Assembly (NCBI GenBank): GCA_020845995.1
Contig: JADLES010000172.1
Location: 1-57,110 of the forward strand
Origin: Burkholderiales bacterium
GTDB taxonomy: Bacteria; Pseudomonadota; Gammaproteobacteria; Burkholderiales; SG8-39
Length of the DNA: 57,110 nt
Direction of reading: 5' to 3'
The notes under the pieces are model-generated. The model made no database searches and was not told where the DNA came from. It was given only the letters and a program-made list of their open reading frames with translations. Positions 1-13,806 of this stretch are shown here, piece by piece (the first letter of the stretch is position 1; each line of letters opens with the position of its first letter). A program made the translations under genes and the position numbers.

Positions 1-2
1 CG

Positions 3-671
3 GTGGACAACGTCCGCCTTGCCTGGAACGCGCTCGAAGCGCACGCGGGCGTGGAGTCGGTCACGCTGATGACCCATTTCGCCGACGCCGACGGCGAGGA
101 CGGGGTGGCCGCGCAGCTGCAATGGTTCCGCGAGCTGGCGCAGCCGTTCGACGCGCCCTGCTCGCTCGCCAATTCGGCGGCGCTGCTGCGCTACCCCGAG
201 GAAACGCGGGCCGACTGGGTGCGGCCCGGGATCATGCTCTACGGCTGCTCGCCGTTCGGCTTCAAGAGCGCCGCCGAGATCGGCCTGCGGCCGGTGATGA
301 CGCTCGCTTCCGAGATCATCGCCATCCAGCGGCTGCAGCCAGGCGAGTGGATCGGTTACGGCCACAGCTATCAGGCGACCCAGGAGATGACCATCGGCGT
401 GGTCGCCTGCGGCTACGCCGACGGCTACCCGCGTCACGCGCCCACCGGAACGCCGCTGCTGGTGGCGGGCGCGCGCGCGGCCCTCGTCGGCAGGGTCTCC
501 ATGGACATGCTGTGCGTGGACCTTTCCGAGCTGCCCGCGGCGAGCGTCGGCTCGCCGGTGACGCTGTGGGGCGAAGGGCTTTCCTGCGACGAGGTCGCGG
601 CGGCGGCGGGCACCGTCAGCTACGAGCTGCTGTGCGCGTTGGCTCAGAGGGTGCCGGTAACCGAGGTTTGA
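3..671 (+). CDS. alr: alanine racemase, C-terminal part (5' end outside the window)
   Basis: The ORF is open from the window edge. It carries Alr-like motifs VACGYADGYPR and GRVSMDML, and ends ...YELLCALAQRVP. Confidence 0.85.
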   Translation: MDNVRLAWNALEAHAGVESVTLMTHFADADGEDGVAAQLQWFRELAQPFDAPCSLANSAALLRYPEETRADWVRPGIMLYGCSPFGFKSAAEIGLRPVMTLASEIIAIQRLQPGEWIGYGHSYQATQEMTIGVVACGYADGYPRHAPTGTPLLVAGARAALVGRVSMDMLCVDLSELPAASVGSPVTLWGEGLSCDEVAAAAGTVSYELLCALAQRVPVTEV

Positions 672-710
672 TTTTTCAGTATTCCCGGAAAGATCCGGAA
701 GAATCAGAAC

Positions 711-2060
711 TTGAAAAAGCTCAAGTCTTCCTATGTCTGCAGCGAATGCGGCGCGACCGCGCTGCAGTGGTTCGGCGCCTGCCCGTCCTGCGGCGCCGCG
801 GGCACGCTCACCGAGACGCTGACCGAGCGCGGCGCGAAGCGCGCGGCGGGTCCGGCGCCGGGGGCCGTATCCCTGGAGGAAGTGCCAACCCGCGAGACGG
901 AGCGGCTCTCGACCGGCATCGGCGAGCTGGACCGGGTCCTCGGCGGCGGGCTGGTCGCCGGCCAGGTGGCGCTGATCGGCGGCGATCCCGGCATCGGCAA
1001 GTCGACCCTGCTCCTGCAGGTTTTGAGCAATTTCCGCGATCGGGCGCAAACCCTCTACGTTTCGGGGGAGGAATCCGCCGAGCAGGTCGCCCTGCGCGCC
1101 CGGCGCCTCGGACTGGATGCGCGCGCCGTGCACCTCATCGCCGAGATCCAGCTGGAGCGGATCCTGGCGGCGCTGGAAGCCCAGCGCCCGCAGGTCGCGG
1201 TGGCCGATTCGATCCAGACGCTGTGGTCCGAGTCGCTGCAATCGGCGCCGGGGTCGGTGGCGCAGGTGCGCGAATGCGCGGCGCAGCTTGCGCGGCATGC
1301 GAAAAAGAGCGGCACGGCCCTCTTCATCATCGGCCACGTCACCAAGGAGGGCACGATCGCCGGGCCGCGCGTGCTCGAGCACATCGTCGATACGGTTCTC
1401 TACTTCGAGGGCGATCCGCATTCGAGCTTCCGCCTGGTGCGCGCGGTGAAGAACCGTTTCGGCGCGATCAACGAGCTGGGCGTGTTCGCCATGACCGACC
1501 GGGGCCTGCGCGAAGTGACCAACCCGTCGGCCCTGTTCCTCTCGAACCACGGCAAGGACGTGGCCGGCTCCTGCGTGCTGGCGACGCTGGAGGGCACGCG
1601 CCCGCTGCTGGTGGAGATCCAGGCGCTGGTCGATAGCGCGCACACGCCCAACCCGCGCCGGCTGTCGGTCGGCCTCGAGCAGAACCGGCTGGCGATGCTG
1701 CTGGCGGTCCTGCACCGCCATGCCGGCATCGCCACCTGGGAACAGGATGTTTTCGTCAACGCCGTGGGCGGAGTTCGCATCGGCGAGCCCGCCGCCGACC
1801 TCGCCGTCTGCCTTGCGATTGTTTCCTCCTTTACCGACCGGGCGATCCGGGCCAAAACAGTCGTGTTCGGCGAAGTCGGCCTCGCCGGCGAAGTCAGGCC
1901 CGCGCCGCGCGGCCAGGACCGGCTGAAGGAAGCGGCCAAGCTGGGATTCGAAAAGGCGATCGTCCCCAAGGCCAACCTGCCCAAGTCGAAGATCGCCGGG
2001 ATCGAAGTGATCGGCGTCGAGCGCGTGGACCAGGCGGTGCAGGCCTTGAGGAACCTGTGA
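711..2060 (+). CDS. radA: DNA repair protein RadA/Sms
   Basis: 449 aa with a TTG start. It has an N-terminal C4 zinc ribbon (CSECGATALQWFGACPSCG), Walker A GDPGIGKST, a KNRFG motif and a Lon-protease-like C-terminal domain. Confidence 0.95.
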   Translation: MKKLKSSYVCSECGATALQWFGACPSCGAAGTLTETLTERGAKRAAGPAPGAVSLEEVPTRETERLSTGIGELDRVLGGGLVAGQVALIGGDPGIGKSTLLLQVLSNFRDRAQTLYVSGEESAEQVALRARRLGLDARAVHLIAEIQLERILAALEAQRPQVAVADSIQTLWSESLQSAPGSVAQVRECAAQLARHAKKSGTALFIIGHVTKEGTIAGPRVLEHIVDTVLYFEGDPHSSFRLVRAVKNRFGAINELGVFAMTDRGLREVTNPSALFLSNHGKDVAGSCVLATLEGTRPLLVEIQALVDSAHTPNPRRLSVGLEQNRLAMLLAVLHRHAGIATWEQDVFVNAVGGVRIGEPAADLAVCLAIVSSFTDRAIRAKTVVFGEVGLAGEVRPAPRGQDRLKEAAKLGFEKAIVPKANLPKSKIAGIEVIGVERVDQAVQALRNL

Positions 2061-2106
2061 CGCAAATAGGCCTGCGTACTACCATCCGGCGATTCCAGAG
2101 CTTTCT

Positions 2107-2364
2107 ATGCTGACTGTCAGGATTGATGCAAGGTTACACGCCAAGCTGAGAGCACTCGCGTCCGAGCTGGGTGTTGCAGCCAGCGAGTTGGTGCGTGAGG
2201 CGCTCCGGCAGCGCATCGCGCAGCGGACCAGCTCTCGCGTGAAATCTGCCTACGAGGCAACGCGCGATTTGTGCGGCGTAGCCGAGACATCGGACCCGGG
2301 CTTGTCATCCAGGCGATGGCGCAGGAATGAGCGCGACCTCAATAGTCCTTCGACGAAGGCCTGA
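2107..2364 (+). CDS. ribbon-helix-helix (CopG/Arc-like) DNA-binding protein, antitoxin-like, with no adjacent toxin ORF
   Basis: 85 aa. The N-terminal beta-strand LTVRIDARL followed by helices HAKLRALASELGVAASELVREALRQRI is the RHH pattern. There is no obvious SD, and the region is visibly less GC-rich than its neighbours. Confidence 0.5.
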   Translation: MLTVRIDARLHAKLRALASELGVAASELVREALRQRIAQRTSSRVKSAYEATRDLCGVAETSDPGLSSRRWRRNERDLNSPSTKA

Positions 2365-2388
2365 GGCGGTGCACCTGGCTGGCAGCCC

Positions 2389-4796
<2,408 letters not shown>

Positions 4797-4812
<16 letters not shown>

Positions 4813-5630
4813 GTCTTCCAGGCCAGCCAGAGTTTGCGCAGCGGGGTGAGCGAGGTGCGCTGCGTGAGCACCTTGAAACCGTCGCGCTCGATCTCGGCCA
4901 GCGTCGCGCGGTAGATCGCCGCCATGATCAGTCCGGCGCGCTGGTCGCGGCGGTCCTCGGCGGGCAGCGCCGCCATCGCGCTGGCGTAGTACCCCTCTGC
5001 CCGCCGCGCCTGAAAGGCCATCAGCTTACGAAAGTTCTCCGAGGTTTTCGCGTCGAGGATCTCCTTTGCGCTCACGCCGAAGCGCTGCAACTCGTCCGCA
5101 GGCAGGTAGATGCGGTTCTTGCGGGCGTCCTCGCCGACGTCGCGGATGATGTTGGTCAGCTGGAAGGCGGTGCCGAGGGCCTTGGCATAGTCGAGCGTGC
5201 GCGGGTTGCGGTAGCCGAAAATGCCCGCGGCGAGCAGTCCGACCGCGCCGGCCACGTGGTAGCAGTAGCGCTCCAGGCCCGCGAAATCGAGGTAGCGCGT
5301 CTGCGTCAGGTCCATCTCCATGCCGTCGACGATTTCGTTCAGATACTTTGCTCTGATTTCGAATTTTTGAATGAACGGCTGAAGGGCTCTGGCCACGGGA
5401 TGGCTCGGCTCGCCCTGGAACAGTTTGCCGACCTCGCCGCGCCACCAGGCGAGCTTGGTGCGCGCCAGCTGCGCGTCGCTGCACTCGTCGACGACGTCGT
5501 CCACCTCGCGGCAGAAAGCGTACAGGGCGGTGATCGCGCGGCGGCGCTCGGCCGGCAGAAACAGGAACGAGTAGTAGAAGCTCGACCCGCTGGCCGCCGC
5601 TTTCTGCTGGCAGTAGTCGTCGGGCGTCAC
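4797..5630 (-). CDS. hpnD: presqualene diphosphate synthase HpnD
   Basis: Squalene/phytoene synthase family with Asp-rich motifs FCREVDDVVDE and IIRDVGEDARKNRIYLP. I trimmed the 400-aa track ORF to the GTG at 5630, which overlaps the hpnC stop (GTGA). This gives 277 aa. Confidence 0.85.
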
Positions 5631-6433
5631 AGGGCCCGGAGGAATAGCAGGGGCCAGTCGAACCACCGGTGCGTGGGGCGACGGCGGAACATGTCGTAGC
5701 CCGACCGCTCCAGCTTTTCCAGGATGCGCAGCCCACCCTGGACAGTGACGGCGATCTCCAGCCGCAGGCGGCCCTCCAGGCCCGCGAGCAGGGCTTTTCC
5801 TTCCAGCATCATCTGCCTGGCTCGCTCCGCCTGGAAGCGCATCAGCGCCTGGAATGGCGGGTCGCAGCGCCGCTCGCGAAGGTGATCCTCCGTGACGCCA
5901 AACCGGCGCATCTCGTCCTGCGGCAGGTAGACGCGGTTTTTCGTCTCGTAGTCGATGGCCACGTCCTGCCAGAAGTTGATGATCTGCAGCGCGGAGCAAA
6001 TGCGGTCGGAGGACTCGCAGTTCGCGGGCGAGCTCTTGCGGAACAGATGCAGCAACAGCCTGCCGACGGGATTGGCGGAGCGGCGGCTGTAGTCGAGCAC
6101 CTCGGCAAAGTCGGCATAGCGATTCTTGACGACATCCTGCGCGAAAGCATCCAGCAGGTCGCGGAACAGCCGCGGCGGCAGGTCGTGCGTCCGGATGACG
6201 CGGTCGAGATCCGAGAAGAGCCCGCTTTGCGCCGGGTTTCCATCGACGATCCTTTGCAGTTCCCGATCGAATTCGCGCAACTTGCGAAGTCGCGCCTCGG
6301 GCCGATCGTCGCCCTCGTCGGCGAAGTCGTCGGCGGTGCGCGCGAAGCGGTATATGACCGCGACGGGCGCGCGCAACTCCCGCGGCAGCAGGAGTGACGC
6401 GACCGGGAAGTTCTCATAATGGCCGATCGACAC
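5627..6433 (-). CDS. hpnC: hydroxysqualene synthase HpnC
   Basis: 268 aa with a GTG start. The N-terminus is HYENFPVAS, and the Asp-rich motifs are ARTADDFADEGD and FWQDVAIDYETKNRVYLP. Confidence 0.85.
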   Translation of the reverse strand: MSIGHYENFPVASLLLPRELRAPVAVIYRFARTADDFADEGDDRPEARLRKLREFDRELQRIVDGNPAQSGLFSDLDRVIRTHDLPPRLFRDLLDAFAQDVVKNRYADFAEVLDYSRRSANPVGRLLLHLFRKSSPANCESSDRICSALQIINFWQDVAIDYETKNRVYLPQDEMRRFGVTEDHLRERRCDPPFQALMRFQAERARQMMLEGKALLAGLEGRLRLEIAVTVQGGLRILEKLERSGYDMFRRRPTHRWFDWPLLFLRAL

Positions 6434-6441
6434 TTGCGAGC

Positions 6442-6447
6442 TATAAT
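6442..6447 (+). promoter_or_regulatory. perfect TATAAT hexamer; possible -10 element for tRNA-Leu/tig, or for hpnC on the other strand
   Basis: TATAAT lies 42 nt upstream of tRNA-Leu. On the minus strand TATTAT (6441-6446) sits 7 nt before the hpnC GTG. I saw no convincing -35 element. Confidence 0.25.
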
Positions 6448-6488
6448 ACGTTGTTTTTTGAGAGGCTTTTGGGCCGGGAATCGATTCG

Positions 6489-6573
6489 GCGAAGGTGGCG
6501 GAATTGGTAGACGCACCAGATTTAGGTTCTGGCGCCTAACCGCGTGTGGGTTCGAGTCCCACCCTTCGCACCA
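6489..6573 (+). tRNA. tRNA-Leu (anticodon TAG), type II with long variable arm, CCA encoded
   Basis: Acceptor GCGAAGG/CCTTCGC; anticodon stem CCAGA/TCTGG with loop TTTAGGT; T-arm GTGGG-TTCGAGT-CCCAC; 85 nt. Confidence 0.95.
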
Positions 6574-6599
6574 ACGACTGAGCAAAGGATGCGAGCGCA

Positions 6600-7907
6600 A
6601 TGCCGGTGAATGTGGAGCAGCTGGGCGCCCTCGAGCGCCGCCTGTCGATGTCGGTGCCGGTGCAGGAGGTGGAGCGGCAGGTCGATGACCGGCTGAAGAA
6701 GCTCGCCAGGGACGTGAAATTGCCGGGCTTCCGGCCCGGCAAGGTGCCGATGAAGATCGTGGTGCAGCAGTACGGGCCGCAGGTGCGCTCGGAAGTGCTC
6801 GGCGGCGCGGTGGAGAAGGCCTTCGGGGACGCGGTCAAGGAGGCCAAGCTGCGCGTGGCCGGCTATCCGCGGATCGAGAAGAAGGACGGACCGGCCGATG
6901 CGACCGCGCTGGAATTCAGCGCGACGTTCGAGGTCTATCCTGAGGTGAAGGTCGGCGACGTCTCCGCGGCGAAGGTGGAGCGGCCGGTGCTGCGGGTGGA
7001 CGATGACGCGGTCGAGCGCACGCTGGCGATGCTGCGCAAGCAGCGCGTGACCTACGCGGAGGTGGAGCGCGAGGCGCGCGAGGGCGACCGCGTCACGGTG
7101 GATTTCGAAGGCCGCATTGGCGGCGAGGTCTTCCCGGGCGGCAAGGCGAGCGGCTTCGCGTTCCTGCTCGGTGAAAAGCGCATGCTGCCCGAGTTCGAGG
7201 CGGGCGCGCTCGGCATGAAGGCGGGCGAGTCCAGGAATTTCGAGGTCCGCTTCCCCGACGACTACCACGGCAAGGAGGTGGCCGGAAAGACCGCGACCTT
7301 CGCGGTCGCCGCCAAGCGCGTGGAGGAACCGAGACTCCCGGAGCTGGACGCGGAGTTCGCGAGGAAGCTCGGCGTGGCCGACGGCGACCTTGCCAAGATG
7401 CGCGTCGAAGTGCGCGCCAACGTCGAGCGCGAGGTGAAAAAGCGCATCGAGGCGAGCGTAAAGAACCAGGCGCTGCAGGCGCTGCTCGACGCGGCGCCGC
7501 TCGAGCTGCCCCGGTCGCTGGTGCAGATGGAACACCAGCGCATGGTCGAGCAGGCGGCGGCGGAACTGCGCGCGCGCGGCGTGCCGCTGGAGCGCATGCC
7601 GTTCGATCCGCAGGCGTTCGAAGCGGGCGCCCGCCGCAGGGTCGCGCTGGGCCTGATAATCAGTGAATTAAGAACGTCTGAAAAGTTGAATCCGAAGCCC
7701 GCGGAAGTCCGCGCGCTGATCGAAGCCGAGGCGCAGAGCTACGAGCATCCCGCCGAAGTGGTAAAATGGATCTACATGCAGCCGCAGCGCTTGTCCGAAA
7801 TGGAGAGCCTCGCGCTCGAGAGCAACGTCGTCAGCTGGGTCTTGTCCAAAGCCAGGGTCGAAGACAAGGCGGTCGCATTCGACGAGCTCATGGGCGGCAG
7901 CGCATGA
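6600..7907 (+). CDS. tig: trigger factor
   Basis: 435 aa. The N-terminus carries the ribosome-binding signature GFRPGKVP. Conserved tig-clpP-clpX-lon synteny supports the call. Confidence 0.95.
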   Translation: MPVNVEQLGALERRLSMSVPVQEVERQVDDRLKKLARDVKLPGFRPGKVPMKIVVQQYGPQVRSEVLGGAVEKAFGDAVKEAKLRVAGYPRIEKKDGPADATALEFSATFEVYPEVKVGDVSAAKVERPVLRVDDDAVERTLAMLRKQRVTYAEVEREAREGDRVTVDFEGRIGGEVFPGGKASGFAFLLGEKRMLPEFEAGALGMKAGESRNFEVRFPDDYHGKEVAGKTATFAVAAKRVEEPRLPELDAEFARKLGVADGDLAKMRVEVRANVEREVKKRIEASVKNQALQALLDAAPLELPRSLVQMEHQRMVEQAAAELRARGVPLERMPFDPQAFEAGARRRVALGLIISELRTSEKLNPKPAEVRALIEAEAQSYEHPAEVVKWIYMQPQRLSEMESLALESNVVSWVLSKARVEDKAVAFDELMGGSA

Positions 7908-8539
7908 ACTCCACGACATGGAAATCGAGCATGGTTGAGCCGCAGGGCCTGGGCCTGATCCCGATGGTGATCGAGCAGTCGGGGCGCGGCGAGCGCGCCT
8001 ACGACATCTATTCGCGCCTGCTCAAGGAGCGCGTGGTGTTCCTGGTCGGGCCGGTGACGGAGGTGACGGCGAACCTGATCGTCGCGCAACTCCTCTTCCT
8101 CGAATCGGAGAATCCGGACAAGGACATCTTCTTCTACATCAACTCCCCGGGTGGCTCGGTGTCGGCGGGCCTGGCGATCTACGACACCATGCAGTTCATC
8201 AAGCCCGACGTCTCGACCCTGTGCATCGGCCAGGCCGCGAGCATGGGCGCGCTGCTGCTGGCGGCGGGGGACAAGGCAAAGCGCTTCGCCCTGCCCAACT
8301 CGCGCGTCATGATCCACCAGCCGATGGGCGGCTTCTCCGGCCAGGCCTCCGATGTCGAGATCCACGCCAAGGAGATTCTCTACCTGCGCCAGCGACTGAA
8401 CGAGATCCTCGCCAAGCACACCGGGCAGTCGGTGGAGACCATCGCCAAGGACACCGACCGCGACAACTTCCTGTCCTCCGAAGACGCGGTAAAGTACGGC
8501 ATCGTGGACCGGGTCCTCACGGCAAGGGAGCAGGCGTAG
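7904..8539 (+). CDS. clpP: ATP-dependent Clp protease proteolytic subunit
   Basis: The ATG at 7904 overlaps the tig stop (ATGA). An alternative start is MVEPQ at 7931. Catalytic Ser context GQAASMGA and His context VMIHQP are present. Confidence 0.93.
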   Translation: MNSTTWKSSMVEPQGLGLIPMVIEQSGRGERAYDIYSRLLKERVVFLVGPVTEVTANLIVAQLLFLESENPDKDIFFYINSPGGSVSAGLAIYDTMQFIKPDVSTLCIGQAASMGALLLAAGDKAKRFALPNSRVMIHQPMGGFSGQASDVEIHAKEILYLRQRLNEILAKHTGQSVETIAKDTDRDNFLSSEDAVKYGIVDRVLTAREQA

Positions 8540-9811
<1,272 letters not shown>

Positions 9812-9819
9812 AGGTTTCC

Positions 9820-12264
<2,445 letters not shown>

Positions 12265-12273
12265 GCAGAAGGC

Positions 12274-12546
12274 GTGAACAAGCAGGACCTGATCGAGCAG
12301 ATCGCCCAGGCGGCGGAGGTTTCCAAGTCCGCGGCCGAGCGGGCGGTGGACGCGCTCGTGGTCGCCGTCAAGACCAGTCTGAAGAAGGGCGACAGCGTCA
12401 CGCTGGCGGGCTTCGGCAGCTTCTACGTCCGCACGCGCGAGGCGCGCACCGGCCGCAACCCGCGCACCGGCGCCACGCTTTCCATCGCCGCGACGCGCGT
12501 CCCCAAATTCCGCGCTGGCAAGGCCCTCAAGGACGCGATAAACTAG
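12274..12546 (+). CDS. hupB: nucleoid-associated protein HU (beta-like)
   Basis: 90 aa with a GTG start. The arm motif is RNPRTG...[12 protein letters not shown]. Confidence 0.93.
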   Translation: MNKQDLIEQIAQAAEVSKSAAERAVDALVVAVKTSLKKGDSVTLAGFGSFYVRTREARTGRNPRTGATLSIAATRVPKFRAGKALKDAIN

Positions 12547-12577
12547 CGCCCCTTCGCAGGGCGACACTCGTGTCGCG

Positions 12578-12652
12578 GGGTGCTTAGCTCAGCGGTAGAG
12601 CGCTGCCCTTACAAGGCAGATGTCGTAGGTTCAACCCCTACAGCACCCACCA
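12578..12652 (+). tRNA. tRNA-Val (anticodon TAC), CCA encoded
   Basis: Acceptor GGGTGCT/AGCACCC; anticodon stem CTGCC/GGCAG with loop CTTACAA; T-loop TTCAACC. Confidence 0.95.
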
Positions 12653-12668
12653 AGGATTCGCAGCAGTA

Positions 12669-12745
12669 GGAGCGGTAGTTCAGTTGGTTAGAATACCGGC
12701 CTGTCACGCCGGGGGTCGCGGGTTCGAGTCCCGTCCGCTCCGCCA
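12669..12745 (+). tRNA. tRNA-Asp (anticodon GTC), CCA encoded
   Basis: Acceptor GGAGCGG/CCGCTCC; anticodon stem CCGGC/GCCGG with loop CTGTCAC; T-arm CGGG-TTCGAGT-CCCG. Confidence 0.95.
12706..12743 (+). repeat. left copy of a 38-nt direct repeat (the 3' part of tRNA-Asp)
   Basis: acgccGggggtcgcgggttcgagtcccgtccgctccgc. The last 32 nt are identical to 13754-13785. Confidence 0.9.
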
Positions 12746-12752
12746 ATTACCA

Positions 12753-12779
12753 GGCACTTACGAGGTTCTCGTAGGTGCC
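12753..12779 (+). other. 12-bp stem-loop immediately 3' of tRNA-Asp
   Basis: ggcacttacgag-gtt-ctcgtaggtgcc, with one G-U pair. No U-tract follows, so it is not a canonical intrinsic terminator. Confidence 0.35.
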
Positions 12780-12827
12780 ACTTCCAAAAACTCCGGGCGG
12801 CTTCCAAAAGTTGCGCGCGCTCCGCGC

Positions 12828-12865
12828 TTGACATTGTTATGCTTCACATTACAATAGCTGTAATG
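12828..12865 (+). promoter_or_regulatory. higBA promoter (TTGACA-16 nt-TACAAT) with an overlapping inverted repeat as candidate HigA operator
   Basis: TTGACA at 12828-12833 and TACAAT at 12850-12855. The palindrome CATTACA-N5-TGTAATG (12847-12865) overlaps the -10 element. The higB GTG is at 12886. Confidence 0.5.
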
Positions 12866-12885
12866 CGTCGCATAGCACTGCTCTG

Positions 12886-13164
12886 GTGATCAAAGGGTTC
12901 CGGCACAAAGGACTAGAACGCTTCTTCACGAAGAGCGAGCGCAAAGGCATTGACGCGCGGCAGGCCGACCGGATCGAGCGCATTCTCGACCGGCTGGATG
13001 CCGCGGTGAGACCGGAGGACATGAATCTGCCGGGCTACAAGTTCCACGGCCTGAAGGGTGACCGCAAGGGCACCTTCGCGGTATCGGTGTCAGGCAATTG
13101 GCGCATCACGTTTCGATTCGAGGCAGGCGATGCGCTCGACGTGAACCTGGAGGACTACCACTGA
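12886..13164 (+). CDS. higB: type II toxin HigB (RelE/ParE superfamily, plasmid-maintenance killer type)
   Basis: 92 aa with a GTG start. The signature is MIKGFRHKGLERFF...LKGDRKG..SV.GNWRITF.F...A..V.LEDYH. Confidence 0.9.
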   Translation: MIKGFRHKGLERFFTKSERKGIDARQADRIERILDRLDAAVRPEDMNLPGYKFHGLKGDRKGTFAVSVSGNWRITFRFEAGDALDVNLEDYH

Positions 13165-13469
13165 TGATGAAGACGATGAGAGATCCGAAGCGCAAGCCGA
13201 CGCACCCTGGAGCGGTGCTGCGCGAGGACGTACTGCCGGCGTTGAAGATGACGCAGGGTGATTTTGCCCATCGGCTCGGGGTGAGCCGCCTGAGCGTCTC
13301 AGAGTTGCTGCACGAGAAGCGCGCCATGTCTGCCGATATGGCGATGCGGATCGGGCGCCTGACGAATACCACGGCCGAGAGCTGGGTGCGGATGCAGACT
13401 GCGCTCGATCTCTGGGCGCTCGAGCAGGACACGAAGCGCTACCGGCACATCGAGCCGGTCGCTGCGTAG
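13164..13469 (+). CDS. higA: type II antitoxin HigA (Xre-type HTH)
   Basis: The ATG shares one nt with the higB TGA (TGATG). 101 aa with HPGAVLRED..., an HTH segment (TQGDFAHRLGVSRLSVSELLHEKRAMSADMAMRIGR) and TTAESWVRMQ. Confidence 0.9.
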   Translation: MMKTMRDPKRKPTHPGAVLREDVLPALKMTQGDFAHRLGVSRLSVSELLHEKRAMSADMAMRIGRLTNTTAESWVRMQTALDLWALEQDTKRYRHIEPVAA

Positions 13470-13496
13470 GCACCGACCCGGCGGCCCCGGGAAAGC

Positions 13497-13529
13497 GCCC
13501 GAACCGAGCGCGCTAACGCTCGGCCGGGC
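13497..13529 (+). other. GC-rich stem-loop 3' of higA (possible terminator or stabiliser, no U-tract)
   Basis: gcccg-aa-ccgagcg-[cgctaa]-cgctcgg-c-cgggc. It starts 28 nt after the higA stop. Confidence 0.3.
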
Positions 13530-13563
13530 TGACCACAACGCAACCTGAAAGGAGGTTCGCATC

Positions 13564-13716
13564 ATGGCTGATCAGCAGACGAGCACCCCGGGTCAGATTT
13601 GCGTGGAAATCAACAGGGCGCTGATGTGCCGAAGGTGTGCTGCGGGCAAAGCCGGGGAGGGTAGAAATGGGGCGTGGTCCGTGGTGGCTGCCCCTGCCAA
13701 CCCACTGTTAAAATAA
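13564..13716 (+). CDS. 50-codon ORF of unknown function with a strong SD (below the track length cut-off)
   Basis: AAAGGAGG lies 8 nt upstream of the ATG. Translation: MADQQTSTPGQICVEINRALMCRRCAAGKAGEGRNGAWSVVAAPANPLLK (C-x8-C-x2-C). It lies inside the islet. Confidence 0.3.
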   Translation: MADQQTSTPGQICVEINRALMCRRCAAGKAGEGRNGAWSVVAAPANPLLK

Positions 13717-13747
13717 TCACTTACCGCCTCCCTCCCGCGCCTCTGGA

Positions 13748-13785
13748 ACGCCAGGGGTCGCGGGTTCGAGTCCCGTCCGCTCCGC
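13748..13785 (+). repeat. right copy of the 38-nt direct repeat (orphan tRNA-Asp 3' fragment)
   Basis: acgccAggggtcgcgggttcgagtcccgtccgctccgc. There is no 5' tRNA half upstream, and the copy ends 21 nt before the ppiD ATG. Confidence 0.9.
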
Positions 13786-13806
13786 GAACGCCATTTACCG
13801 ACCGCG

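Larger units (their letters stand above)
12746..13747. mobile_element. degenerate ~1-kb tRNA-Asp-associated islet (higBA, a small ORF and hairpins), with no integrase
   Basis: The segment is bounded by the duplicated tRNA-Asp 3' end. It interrupts the tRNA-Asp / ppiD junction. I found no recombinase ORF in any frame. Confidence 0.5.

Noticed and set aside
122-1636. 504-aa ORF (Arg/Gly/Ala/Pro-rich) spanning the alr / radA junction in another frame
   Set aside because: It overlaps two well-supported genes, has low-complexity R/A/G/P composition and no motifs. This is a typical alternate-frame open stretch in high-GC DNA. The same reasoning applies to the 8221-9732, 10899-12587, 13674-15314 and 20796-21947 track ORFs.
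2110-2120. 11-bp perfect palindrome CTGACTGTCAG overlapping the first codons of the RHH gene (possible autoregulatory operator or LexA-like half-site)
   Set aside because: It is short, single-copy and inside the coding start. It does not fit CTGT-N8-ACAG, and a chance occurrence is plausible.
5631-5999. N-terminal extension of the hpnD track ORF (400 aa), and similar extensions for mltD (25181-25924), the DHDPS-like gene, the Bug gene at 38305-39162, the CoA-transferase and others
   Set aside because: The extensions run through the upstream gene in another frame and are Arg/Pro/Ala-rich. Family-typical N-termini with GTGA/ATGA coupling or an SD are found at the trimmed starts.
12547-12577. 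Hairpin CGCCC-N7-GGGCG after hupB as an intrinsic terminator
   Set aside because: The stem is only 5 bp, there is no U-tract, and tRNA-Val starts about 10 nt after the hairpin, so co-transcription or processing is more likely. More generally, I found no canonical hairpin-plus-T-run terminator anywhere in the window.
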